Shown here: positions 1 to 9,787 of the stretch, one piece after another | Numbering within the stretch: position 1 is the first letter of the stretch | Layout of the letters: each line of letters begins with the position of its first letter | IMG/VR virus record: IMGVR_UViG_3300044675_005052 | Direction: 5' to 3' (one strand) | Length of the DNA: 64,000 bases | Origin: a virus | Taxonomy: Duplodnaviria; Caudoviricetes | The notes under the pieces: generated by a model | Seen by the model: only the letters and a program-made list of their open reading frames with translations | The model's database searches: none | Told to the model about the DNA's origin: nothing | Program-made: the position numbers and the translations under genes

Positions 1-76
1 CAAAATATTATAATTATTTAAACATTAAAAATTTAAATACTAATCCATATCAAATTATAAAAAAATATTATAAAAA

Positions 77-2599
77 ATGAAATTAATCGTTCTGGCATAC
101 ACTTCAAAAAAATATATGAGTGAAAAGTCATATATACCATTTGACCCAATACAATCAGATAGAGCTGATTTAACTAGAAAATTACCATGTATGGATACTT
201 GGGTATCTAAATTAAAAGATAAAAATATTGAAGTTATTTTTTTTGATGGAGACAATCCGGAAGTATCTTTTGATGAAAAAAATCAAATTTTACATCTAAC
301 CGAAACCGATACATATGACTATTATTATTTACATCATCAAAAAAAACCATCTAATATGGTTAAAAAACTTCAAGGAGCCATAACATGGTTATTAAAAAAT
401 AGAGAATTTGATTATATTTTAAGAGTTGACGATGGCACCTATGTTAATTCATTTGTTTTAGAGAAATATTTTAATGAAATTATTGATAAAGACATTATAT
501 GGTCCGGACAAGGTGGTGGTGGAGGAATGTTCTTCAGTAAAAAAATATGTGAAGAAATTTTAAATATACATGACGAAACTAATCATTTGGAAGATGCTAC
601 ATTAATGCAACACTTTTCAAAAATACCTGAAGTTAAATTTCATACAATTGATACCATGTCTGCTTTTTATAATTTAGGTGAAAAAAATTTAACAATTCAT
701 TATTCAACAGGTAAACGAATGTATTATTGTGATTTTATTATTAGTAATTACTATAATAATTTAAAATCTAATAGAAAAGTTATTCTAAATTATGAATGGT
801 CTTCAGGTATTGAATTAAATACTAATAGAGTTAGCGGTACAGAAGGTAAGACAGGTGCCTGGTATGGGTTAGACCGAGATAACAATAATTGGGAATACTA
901 TGGTGGTTACGCTAGAAGTATATCTGATATATATGATAGAACAATAACATATGGTGATGAAGTTATACAAAATCTATGTGTTTTTAATTTTAAAAATCCC
1001 CATGACCTAAAAATTGAAAACACATTTAATAATTTACTTAAAACAATAGTAAAAGACGGTGAAATTAATATCTTTTTTAGTTTAAATGATGGTGTTATTA
1101 TTAATGAAAATACCTATAATATTATTTTAAAAATGATTAAAAATTTAAATTATGAATATGAAATTTTAAATGATGTGAATTTTAAAGAATACACTCAAGC
1201 GCAATATATCCAACCGGACGAAAAAGGATTAATTATTAGAATTTTAAAAACAAATAAAATTAAAAAAATTTACATCGCACAATATTACACAAGTAATTTA
1301 ACTCATGGACCATTTGCTGAAAAAATAAATAAAAAATATTGTGATGAAAATGGATATGGATATTTTTGTGAAAAATCAAATCAAACAATAACGGATTACA
1401 TAAATGGTGCGGCACCTACTTGGTACAAACCAAAGTTAATATTAGACGTTATTGAAAATTTTGACCCTGAATATATACTATTTTTAGATACGGATGCTAT
1501 AGTATCAGATTTTAATATTAGAATTGAAGAATTTATTGATAAAGATTATTATTTTATCGCCTCATTAGATGAAAGTACTCATAGTTTAATGAACGCCGGA
1601 GTATTTTTAATAAAAAATAATGAATGGGGTAAAAAATTTCTTAATGATTGGGCTCTTTGTTGTAAAAACTTAAAACCTATTGATTGTGAATTAAGACCTG
1701 AAGTTGGTGAACATGATTTAAATCATGAAGGATTTTATTCTAATAGATTATGGATGGACCAAACCGCATTAACTCATTTATATAAAGATAGAGGTGAGTA
1801 CGTTAGTAAAATGAAAATTATTTCAAATAGAAGTTTTAATTGGAAACAATATAACGATAATAATTTTATTTTTCATGCGTATGCGTATGGTAGTATTAAA
1901 AATAGAACTATAGATAAGATTCATAATGAAATTTTTAATATAAATGAAAATTATGATTATTCAAAATTAAGTGGTTTAGCTGAAAAATATACGACAGATA
2001 AACATTATGGACATGATTTTTTTGATAAAGTTTATCAACTTGAATTTGATAAAATCAAAGAATCTGCAAAAAAAGTTGTTGAATTAGGTGTTCATGAAGG
2101 ACAATCAATTAACATATGGAGAGAATTTTTCACTAATGCGGAAATAATAGGTATTGATTTTGAAATGAATAGAGCTAATATTGATGATTTTAATCGAGTT
2201 AAATTATTAGAATTTAATGTTAATGTTGGTAATACTTTAATCGAGTTTTCAAATGATAATGTGGATATAGATTTATTTATTGACGATGGAAGTCATGCAA
2301 TGAAAGACCAACAAGTTGTTTTTGCTAAATTATTTAAAAGTATAAAAAGTGGTGGTATATACATATTAGAGGATTTACATACAAGTGTTAGTGTAAAGAA
2401 TGATGTTAATTCAATATGGAAATCTGAAAAAAATACGATAACACTTGATATGTTAGAAATGTTTAATAAAACAGGTAAAATAGTTTCAGATTATATGACA
2501 GATGAAGAATGTGATTATCTTGAAAAAAATATTGAATCGTGTGAAATTTTTAAACTTAAACCTGAATGGAGTTATACCAGTATAATTAGAAAAAAATAA
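77..2599 (+). CDS. Three-domain glycan-modifying protein: N-terminal GT-A (galactosyltransferase/Fringe-like), central GT34/MNN10-like glycosyltransferase, C-terminal class I SAM-dependent methyltransferase
   Basis: YILRVDDGTYVN (DxD-type) in domain 1; WYKPKLI, YILFLDTDAIV, MNAGVFLIKN and DQTAL in domain 2; VVELGVHEGQS, IIGID, LFIDDGSH and GGIYILEDL in domain 3. Confidence 0.75.
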   Translation: MKLIVLAYTSKKYMSEKSYIPFDPIQSDRADLTRKLPCMDTWVSKLKDKNIEVIFFDGDNPEVSFDEKNQILHLTETDTYDYYYLHHQKKPSNMVKKLQGAITWLLKNREFDYILRVDDGTYVNSFVLEKYFNEIIDKDIIWSGQGGGGGMFFSKKICEEILNIHDETNHLEDATLMQHFSKIPEVKFHTIDTMSAFYNLGEKNLTIHYSTGKRMYYCDFIISNYYNNLKSNRKVILNYEWSSGIELNTNRVSGTEGKTGAWYGLDRDNNNWEYYGGYARSISDIYDRTITYGDEVIQNLCVFNFKNPHDLKIENTFNNLLKTIVKDGEINIFFSLNDGVIINENTYNIILKMIKNLNYEYEILNDVNFKEYTQAQYIQPDEKGLIIRILKTNKIKKIYIAQYYTSNLTHGPFAEKINKKYCDENGYGYFCEKSNQTITDYINGAAPTWYKPKLILDVIENFDPEYILFLDTDAIVSDFNIRIEEFIDKDYYFIASLDESTHSLMNAGVFLIKNNEWGKKFLNDWALCCKNLKPIDCELRPEVGEHDLNHEGFYSNRLWMDQTALTHLYKDRGEYVSKMKIISNRSFNWKQYNDNNFIFHAYAYGSIKNRTIDKIHNEIFNINENYDYSKLSGLAEKYTTDKHYGHDFFDKVYQLEFDKIKESAKKVVELGVHEGQSINIWREFFTNAEIIGIDFEMNRANIDDFNRVKLLEFNVNVGNTLIEFSNDNVDIDLFIDDGSHAMKDQQVVFAKLFKSIKSGGIYILEDLHTSVSVKNDVNSIWKSEKNTITLDMLEMFNKTGKIVSDYMTDEECDYLEKNIESCEIFKLKPEWSYTSIIRKK

Positions 2600-2600
2600 T

Positions 2601-4283
2601 ATGAATAGTAATGTGACAATAGTTACCGGTCTTTGGGATTTAGGTCGCGGTAATCTTGATGGGTGGGGTAAGAGAGATTTTTCAAATTACAAGACAAAGT
2701 TTTTTGAAATGTTAGAGACAAATGCTCAAATGTGTATTTGGATTCCCCAAGAATTAGAAGATGAAGTATTAAAAATTAGAGGTAATAAACCTACTAAAAT
2801 TTTTATTAAAAATGTTGAGGATTTTGAATCTTGGAATCCTTTTTTTGACGATATTGAAAAAATTAGGTCACAAGATAATTGGAGAAATTTTGCGGGATGG
2901 TTATCCGAATCTCCCCAAGCTGAATTAAAATATTATAATCCAATGATGTTTACTAAATTTTTTATGTTAAATGACTCCGCAATTATAAATCCGTTTAATA
3001 GTGATTATTTCTTTTGGGTTGATGGTGGATTAACTAACACCGTTAATAAAGGTTATTTCAGTCATGACAATGTTTTGGATAATTTGGAAAATTATGTTCG
3101 TTTCAACAATAATAAATTTATTCAAATATCATATCCTTATGATGGTAATGAAGAGATTCATGGATTTGAAAGAAAAGCTATGGCTCGTTACTGTAATACC
3201 GATTACGTTAGTTATGTGTGTCGAGGCGGTTTTTTTGGTGGGAGTAAAAATAACATTCACCAAATGAATGACTATTATTATTCAGTAATGCACGATACGT
3301 TAAAAGAAGGGTTAATGGGTGCCGATGAATGTTTATTTACAATACTTTCTTATAAACATAAAGATTTAATATATAGATTTGAAATTGAGGGTAATGGTTT
3401 AGTTTGGCCTTTCTTTGAAGAGTTAAAAAAATATACAAAAGATTTTGTACAAAATAATAAACCTCAAATCAATACAGATAATGTTGGTTTATATGTGATA
3501 ACTTTTAATTCTCCAAAACAATTTGAAGTGTTAATTCAATCTATGTTGGATTATGATAAAGATTTTGTTGAAAAACCTAAAAAATATTTATTAAATAATT
3601 CGACCGATTTATCAACAACTCCAAGATATGTTGAGTTATGTGAACAATATGGGTTTGAACATATTAAGAAAGATAATATCGGTATAGTTGGTGGACGTAT
3701 CTTTGTTGCTGACCACTTTGATAAAACAAATCACGATTATTATTTTTGGTTTGAAGATGATATGGCATTTTATCCTAACAAAAATGAAACATGTAAAAAT
3801 GGGTTTAACAGATGGGTATCCAATTTATATAAAAAATCTTTAGAAATAGTAAAAAAAGAAAATTTTGATTTTTTAAAACTTAATTTTACTGAATTTTTTG
3901 GTGATAATGGTACTCAATGGAGTTGGTATAATGTTCCACAAGATTTTAGACAAAGACATTGGCCCGATAATCCGAGATTACCTGAACATGGGTTAGAACC
4001 TAATTCACCTAAAACAAAATTTGAAAATATTAAATCTTACGATGGATTACCATACGTGACAGGTGAAGTTTATGTATGTAATTGGCCTATTGTTGTAAGT
4101 AGAGAAGGAAACTATAAATGTTTTTTAGAAACTAAATGGGCTCACCCTTTTGAGCAAACTTTAATGTCTTATGTTTATCAAGAAACTGTTATGGGAAATA
4201 TTAAACCTGGGTTATTATTATTAACTCCAACAGAACATGATAGATTTGACCATTATGATGGTTCGTTAAGAAAAGAAAGTTAA
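2601..4283 (+). CDS. HtrL/YibB (WlaTC)-like glycosyltransferase fused to a C-terminal GT2-like domain
   Basis: N-terminal VTIVTGLWDLGRG and YFFWVDGG resemble HtrL_YibB; second half has LYVITFNSP, LLNNSTD, DNIGIVGGR and YFWFEDDM (GT-A DxD-like). Confidence 0.7.
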   Translation: MNSNVTIVTGLWDLGRGNLDGWGKRDFSNYKTKFFEMLETNAQMCIWIPQELEDEVLKIRGNKPTKIFIKNVEDFESWNPFFDDIEKIRSQDNWRNFAGWLSESPQAELKYYNPMMFTKFFMLNDSAIINPFNSDYFFWVDGGLTNTVNKGYFSHDNVLDNLENYVRFNNNKFIQISYPYDGNEEIHGFERKAMARYCNTDYVSYVCRGGFFGGSKNNIHQMNDYYYSVMHDTLKEGLMGADECLFTILSYKHKDLIYRFEIEGNGLVWPFFEELKKYTKDFVQNNKPQINTDNVGLYVITFNSPKQFEVLIQSMLDYDKDFVEKPKKYLLNNSTDLSTTPRYVELCEQYGFEHIKKDNIGIVGGRIFVADHFDKTNHDYYFWFEDDMAFYPNKNETCKNGFNRWVSNLYKKSLEIVKKENFDFLKLNFTEFFGDNGTQWSWYNVPQDFRQRHWPDNPRLPEHGLEPNSPKTKFENIKSYDGLPYVTGEVYVCNWPIVVSREGNYKCFLETKWAHPFEQTLMSYVYQETVMGNIKPGLLLLTPTEHDRFDHYDGSLRKES

Positions 4284-4307
4284 TTTGTTTATTTTTGGAA
4301 AGCAAAG

Positions 4308-4319
4308 TATTTATAAATA
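4308..4319 (+). promoter_or_regulatory. Putative late promoter motif (palindromic TATTTATAAATA)
   Basis: 10 nt before the BppU-like start. Confidence 0.6.
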
Positions 4320-4329
4320 AAAACAATAG

Positions 4330-5175
4330 ATGGATTTTTTTATAAAGAAAAACGCAACCTTACCGGTACTAAAGTTACAAGTGGTTAAAGACGGAAGAAG
4401 TGACTATAATAAGTTTATGGATATGATTGAAGAATCGGCCATTTTCTTCTCAATGGTTGACGTAGAAACCGGTATTCCAAAAATAAGTTCAAGACCCGCA
4501 GGGTTTGTTGAAAAAACTTTTGTTGATTTAAACTCCGGTCCTGAATATTACATTTACTATCAATTTACTCCAAGAGATACTAATAGAGTTGGTAGATATG
4601 CCGGTCAGTTTATGTTAAGAAATTCTGATGGTGTTCTTATATTACCAATACGTGAAGAATTATTTATTAATGTTCAAGATTCGTTTATTGCGGATGATTT
4701 AGTTTATGATAGTTGTTACGTGTCAGAATTTCCTTGTTGTATTAATGGACCTTATACTACAACAACAACTACAGAATGTTGTCCTTGTACTACAACTACT
4801 ACCACAATTAATCATACTACAACCACAACCACAACAGTTCCTGTATTATCTGAAGTTAATATGGGTTCAGGTATTTATGATGATATTGGTCATTTATTTA
4901 TTGATTTTATTGCTGACGGACCTCAACTAATTAAATGTATTGTTGAAGATTATGTATTAGCCCCTCCTTTTTATATTATTGGTGGTGAGAATTATTATAT
5001 GTACACCCCATTACAAATAGGTGGAACAATTTATAGTGACCCTAATGGACAAACAATTTCATTGATTAATGATGGTAGTTATGTTACTCAAGTAAACGGA
5101 TATCAAGTAATTACCGTTTTTAATTCTATAATCACCGGAATTGTTAATTTTAATAATTTACTTCCATGTCATTAA
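4330..5175 (+). CDS. Virion protein with BppU-like N-terminal Ig-fold domain and Thr/Cys-rich linker
   Basis: FFIKKNATLPVL...YYQFTPRDTNRVGRYAGQF...LPIREELFINV fits the BppU-N pattern; poly-Thr linker; TATTTATA motif upstream. Confidence 0.55.
   Translation: MDFFIKKNATLPVLKLQVVKDGRSDYNKFMDMIEESAIFFSMVDVETGIPKISSRPAGFVEKTFVDLNSGPEYYIYYQFTPRDTNRVGRYAGQFMLRNSDGVLILPIREELFINVQDSFIADDLVYDSCYVSEFPCCINGPYTTTTTTECCPCTTTTTTINHTTTTTTTVPVLSEVNMGSGIYDDIGHLFIDFIADGPQLIKCIVEDYVLAPPFYIIGGENYYMYTPLQIGGTIYSDPNGQTISLINDGSYVTQVNGYQVITVFNSIITGIVNFNNLLPCH
4756..4836 (+). repeat. Thr-codon low-complexity tract (TTTTTTECCPCTTTTTTINHTTTTTTT)
   Basis: ACN-rich codon runs read directly. Confidence 0.9.
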
Positions 5176-5182
5176 TCTAAAA

Positions 5183-5215
5183 TTGATTTATTAATTATTA
5201 TCTTTTATATTTATA
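5183..5215 (+). promoter_or_regulatory. Sigma70-like promoter overlapping a late motif upstream of the DNA polymerase
   Basis: TTGATT-N17-TATATT (5183-5211); TATTTATA at 5208-5215. Confidence 0.5.
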
Positions 5216-5273
5216 GAAACAAGACAAACCTGATTTAAAATCGGAGCGAATATGTCATTCTAAAAAATATAAA

Positions 5274-8207
5274 ATGGTAACACAAGAAGAAATTAAAGCA
5301 TTCCTTGAGGGGAATGACCCTGAAGAGCACATCGTTGCAATCGAGTATGATTACGCATCGGATGCTATCTACAAAATTAAAGAAATCCCTGGTCAGGGAA
5401 AGATAATCAAAAAAGACACATTTACGGCATTTGCTTGGGTTGGGGACTTAAGAGATTTGAATTTTTATTCAAAATCTAAAGACCAACAAAAAGAGGCGAT
5501 GAAGAAACATGGTATTATCATTGATAAATTAGAAACCAAAGGTAATGAGAGATTAGAAAAAGGTCTTAAGTTTATGGTTAAGTCAATGAAAGGGTATCGT
5601 TCACTTATTCAATTCTTTAGAGATGGTGGTGTAGACCCATGGGGTGAAAAAACAAAAGGTAAATTAACGGTACTTCCACCGGTAGAACAATTCCTTATTT
5701 CAAGAGAGAAAAGATTATTCAAAGGATATGAAGAGTATAACGACATAACTAGACTCGGATTTGACTTGGAGACGACTGCTTTAGAACCTAAAGATGGTCG
5801 TATATTTATGATTGGAATCAAAACTAATAAAGGATACCAAAAAGTTATTGAGTGTGCTGATGAAGACCAAGAACGTAGAGGGTTGGTAGAATTCTTCAAA
5901 ATTATTGATGAACTTAAACCTTCAATCATTGGTGGATACAACTCAGCAAACTTCGACTGGTTTTGGATATTTGAAAGATGTAAAGCACTTAACTTGGACA
6001 TCAAAAAGATTGCAAAATCTTTAAATCCTGCAAGACCTATCGGGCAAAAAGATGGTATGTTAAAACTTGCGAATGAGGTTGAGAGATATTCTCAAACTCA
6101 ATTATGGGGTTATAATATCATTGATATTATTCACTCTGTTCGTAGAGCACAAGCAATCAACTCAAGTATTAAATCTGCAGGGTTAAAGTACATTACTCAA
6201 TATATTAAAGCTGAAGCTCCTGACCGAGTTTATATTGACCATTTAGATATTGGTCCGATGTATGCTAAAAAAGAGGAGTATTGGTTAAATGTTGAGAATG
6301 GAAAATACAAGAAAGCGGATAATCCCGCCTTTGATAATTTGGACACAAGATTTCCGGGTAAATACTTAAAGGTAACAGGTGATAACATTGTAGAGAGATA
6401 TCTTGACGATGACTTGGAGGAAACGCTGACAGTGGATGATGAATTCAACCAAGGAACGTTTCTATTAGCGTCAATGGTACCAACAACATATGAAAGAGTT
6501 TCCACGATGGGAACTGCCACATTATGGAGAATGATTATGTTAGCTTGGTCATATAAGAATAAACTTGCAATACCTCAAAAAGAAGATAAGACCGACTTCG
6601 TAGGAGGACTTTCACGACTACTTAAAGTTGGTTACTCTACCAATGTACTTAAACTTGACTACTCGTCTCTATACCCATCTATTCAGTTGGTTCACGATGT
6701 GTTTCCCGAGTGTGATGTTATGGGGGGAATGAAAGGTATGTTAGCTTACTTCCGTAATGCTCGTATTATGTATAAAAACTTGGCGGGTGAGTTCTATGAA
6801 ACTGACCGTAAAAAGTCCTTATCATATGACCGAAAACAATTACCGATTAAGATATTCATTAACTCGATGTTTGGGGCGTTATCCGCACCACACGTTTATG
6901 AATGGGGGGATATGTTTATGGGTGAACAGATTACTTGCACCGGAAGACAATATCTCCGTCAGATGATTAAGTTCTTTATGAAGAAAGGATATACACCACT
7001 AGTAATGGATACCGATGGTGTCAATTTCTCTAAACCTGAAGGATGGGAGAATAGACGTTACATTGGTAAAGGTTTGAATTGGAAAGTTAAAGAAGGTGAA
7101 GAATATACCGGAGATGATGCCGACGTTGCGGAATTTAACGATATGTTTATGAGAGGTGAGATGGCGTTGGATACCGATGGTACTTGGCCATCTTGTATTA
7201 ATTTGGCTCGTAAGAACTATGCGGTTATGGAGGCGAGTGGTAAAATTAAACTTACCGGTAATACTATTAAATCTAAAAAACTTCCACTATATATTGAGGA
7301 CTTTTTAGATAAAGGTGTAAAATTATTATTGGAAGGTAAAGGTCAAGAATTTATTGAATGGTATTATGAATACCTACAAAAAATCTATGATAAAGATATT
7401 CCTCTTATGAAGATTGCTCAGAGAGCTAAGGTTAAGTTATCTATTGATGACTATAAAAAAAGATGTGGTATGAAAACTAAGGCGGGTTCCTTAATGAGTA
7501 GAATGGCTCATATGGAATTGGCGATTAAACACGATTTAAAAGTTTCGTTAGGTGATGTTATTAGTTATGTTAATAATGGTATTAAAGCGTCTCACGGAGA
7601 TGTTCAAAAAGTGAATAAACCTAAAAAAGGTTGGTCTGAAAAACAAATAGAATTATATTTTTCATCATATGATTCCACACATTATAAAGAAAAAGAAAAG
7701 TTTTTATTAAAAAATGGTTGGGAAAAATCTTGGTCTGACGATAATTGGGTTCGTTCTGACGAGCCAATGAAAGAAGCGATGAATGGTGTTCCAACGGATG
7801 TTGCATATAGACTTGTAAATGCTGATAATACTGATTCGGCGATACAATTAAATTGTTATATGTTAGACCAAACTGAAATTGAAAACAATCCGGATATGAG
7901 AGGTGATTATAATGTGGAGAGAGCCATCTCAACATTTAATAAACGAATTGGTCCGTTATTGGTTGTGTTTAAAGAAGAAGTTAGAGAACAATTAATTGTT
8001 GTTAATCCTGAAGATAGAGGGTTTTTCACTAAAGAACAATCTGAACTTATAAATGGTGTTCCATTTAAAGAAGGTGACCAAGATAGATTAAAAGAGGATG
8101 TGTTAGATATTAGTGAGGGTGAGATTAAATATTGGGAAAAACGAGGAATGAGTCCTGATTACATTTATGACTTAGCGTCTGAAGGATGGGAAGAGTTTAT
8201 TAATTAA
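5274..8207 (+). CDS. polB: Family B DNA polymerase with 3'-5' exonuclease
   Basis: ExoI DLETT, ExoII YNSANFDW, ExoIII YLDDD; motif A DYSSLYPS, motif B KIFINSMFG, motif C MDTDG. Confidence 0.95.
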   Translation: MVTQEEIKAFLEGNDPEEHIVAIEYDYASDAIYKIKEIPGQGKIIKKDTFTAFAWVGDLRDLNFYSKSKDQQKEAMKKHGIIIDKLETKGNERLEKGLKFMVKSMKGYRSLIQFFRDGGVDPWGEKTKGKLTVLPPVEQFLISREKRLFKGYEEYNDITRLGFDLETTALEPKDGRIFMIGIKTNKGYQKVIECADEDQERRGLVEFFKIIDELKPSIIGGYNSANFDWFWIFERCKALNLDIKKIAKSLNPARPIGQKDGMLKLANEVERYSQTQLWGYNIIDIIHSVRRAQAINSSIKSAGLKYITQYIKAEAPDRVYIDHLDIGPMYAKKEEYWLNVENGKYKKADNPAFDNLDTRFPGKYLKVTGDNIVERYLDDDLEETLTVDDEFNQGTFLLASMVPTTYERVSTMGTATLWRMIMLAWSYKNKLAIPQKEDKTDFVGGLSRLLKVGYSTNVLKLDYSSLYPSIQLVHDVFPECDVMGGMKGMLAYFRNARIMYKNLAGEFYETDRKKSLSYDRKQLPIKIFINSMFGALSAPHVYEWGDMFMGEQITCTGRQYLRQMIKFFMKKGYTPLVMDTDGVNFSKPEGWENRRYIGKGLNWKVKEGEEYTGDDADVAEFNDMFMRGEMALDTDGTWPSCINLARKNYAVMEASGKIKLTGNTIKSKKLPLYIEDFLDKGVKLLLEGKGQEFIEWYYEYLQKIYDKDIPLMKIAQRAKVKLSIDDYKKRCGMKTKAGSLMSRMAHMELAIKHDLKVSLGDVISYVNNGIKASHGDVQKVNKPKKGWSEKQIELYFSSYDSTHYKEKEKFLLKNGWEKSWSDDNWVRSDEPMKEAMNGVPTDVAYRLVNADNTDSAIQLNCYMLDQTEIENNPDMRGDYNVERAISTFNKRIGPLLVVFKEEVREQLIVVNPEDRGFFTKEQSELINGVPFKEGDQDRLKEDVLDISEGEIKYWEKRGMSPDYIYDLASEGWEEFIN

Positions 8208-8210
8208 AAC

Positions 8211-8240
8211 AAAAAAGGTGTCATATTCGACACCTTTTTT
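8211..8240. terminator. Bidirectional intrinsic terminator between convergent genes
   Basis: AAAAAAGGTGTC-ATATTC-GACACCTTTTTT perfect 12-bp stem including A/T tracts on both sides. Confidence 0.9.
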
Positions 8241-8620
8241 TATTCTAATTTTAAACCATCTGATGAGACGATGTACCAATTATTTTCTAACATATAAAAT
8301 TCAACACAAGCTCCCCAATCAATAAATATTTCATCATAGTATTCATCAATTTTACCAGAACTTGGTCTAATGAATACTTTGGTTAATGCTTTAATAATAA
8401 TATGTTCTGTTGTATTAGAATCTAATATTATATTACAAGATTCAACATCTTTAATTACAAGTAGAATTTCCCCATTTGTTCTATAATCGGATTCGGTAAT
8501 AATTTTTTTCATTGGTATTAATTCAGTTTCTTCAGTAGTGTCTATCTCGATTAAAGTATTACCTAAAAATCGTCTATCGTTAATTGTTTTTCTTGTTAAT
8601 CTTTGAGTTACGGTATTCAT
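8240..8620 (-). CDS. Hypothetical protein (beta-rich, possibly virion-associated)
   Basis: 126-aa ORF tightly packed downstream of the neck gene; no catalytic motif recognised. Confidence 0.7.
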   Translation of the reverse strand: MNTVTQRLTRKTINDRRFLGNTLIEIDTTEETELIPMKKIITESDYRTNGEILLVIKDVESCNIILDSNTTEHIIIKALTKVFIRPSSGKIDEYYDEIFIDWGACVEFYMLENNWYIVSSDGLKLE

Positions 8621-8623
8621 AAA

Positions 8624-9766
8624 TTATATTACATAAATTTGTCTTGGCATTGCTCTGAATTTAAGTTGTTTGTTTAAATTTTCCGCAATTAATGCTTCAC
8701 GTTCCATCATTTTATCAGGTCGTAATCTTTCTAATCTTAATTTCAATTCTTCTTCAAGTTTTGATTTCTCATCTTTACCTTCAGTTGCTAAAGTGGCGTA
8801 ATCCATCGTTAACTCACTATCAGGTGTTTTAATGTTACCACTAAATTTACCTCTAACTCTCGATAACGTTTCTTTACAATAAGCGGTGAACCATCTTCTA
8901 ACAAATTGTTGTGAAGGATTATTTAAATCAATCCAAGACATTGAATCAATTGGAACATCCGATGGTAATTTAATAATATCCGGATTGTTTTTTAAACAAT
9001 TATCTCTATCTGCAGGACCAACATCATAATACCAATACCATACTTTACCTCTTGTCATTTCTTGATTACCAAAGTCAAATTTACCACCAGGTGTGTTCAT
9101 TAAGTGAAGGGCTTTTTTACCTTCAGGTAATGCTGTTATGGTATAAGTTAAATCCCCCGCGATAATTCTTCGTTGGATATTAATCTCTTGCATTCTTAAT
9201 AACATATCAAATGCTGGCATCATAAAATATGAACCTGACGCACCCATTTGAGCGAAACCACCCGGTCCACCAAAACCACCACCACCTAAACCACCAAAAG
9301 TCCATGGGTCAAATAGAAGTCCGTTTAATGTTGATGGAGTAAACCATAACACTTCATTTATTTCTCGGTTTGCAGGGATTTCATATATTTGTTGGTTTGG
9401 AACTAACTGAACAAAATCTTTCTTTAATACCCAATCACCTCCGGCTTGTAATCCAACAATTTTAGAGTATGCGTAAGTATATCTTGTTTCCCAATCTAAA
9501 CTTTTAGTGATGAATGCTCTTGATAATGATTCAGTATCTAAATTTAAGTTGTATAAAGAAGTCCATTGAGATTCAATTAACCAATCTTGGATATATTGTG
9601 AATAGTCACCAATAGATAATTCTAATAAACTATCCATCTGTTCGTCTTCTAATTCAATACTTCTTAATGGGGCACCAAGTAAGTGTTTAATTCTTGTATA
9701 TAATTTAGTTCTTTCCGGTTCCGGTATAATTGCAGTTTGGTATGTTGCACCAGTTAATATTGCCAT
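8624..9766 (-). CDS. Neck / head-tail adaptor protein, T4 gp13-like
   Basis: KHLLGAPLRSIELEDEQMDSLLELSIGDYSQY resembles the gp13 N-terminus; C-terminal RVRGKFSG...MDYATLATEGKDEK; late motif upstream. Confidence 0.75.
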   Translation of the reverse strand: MAILTGATYQTAIIPEPERTKLYTRIKHLLGAPLRSIELEDEQMDSLLELSIGDYSQYIQDWLIESQWTSLYNLNLDTESLSRAFITKSLDWETRYTYAYSKIVGLQAGGDWVLKKDFVQLVPNQQIYEIPANREINEVLWFTPSTLNGLLFDPWTFGGLGGGGFGGPGGFAQMGASGSYFMMPAFDMLLRMQEINIQRRIIAGDLTYTITALPEGKKALHLMNTPGGKFDFGNQEMTRGKVWYWYYDVGPADRDNCLKNNPDIIKLPSDVPIDSMSWIDLNNPSQQFVRRWFTAYCKETLSRVRGKFSGNIKTPDSELTMDYATLATEGKDEKSKLEEELKLRLERLRPDKMMEREALIAENLNKQLKFRAMPRQIYVI

Positions 9767-9779
9767 AACGTTTTTATTT

Positions 9780-9787
9780 TATAAATA
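9780..9787 (-). promoter_or_regulatory. Putative late promoter motif TATTTATA
   Basis: 13 nt upstream of the neck gene on the minus strand. Confidence 0.6.

Noticed and set aside
8492-8512. Internal MKKIITES motif in the 126-aa minus-strand gene, resembling the leader family
   Set aside because: It is internal (residue 37), with no independent start evidence; possibly chance, so it was not counted as a leader
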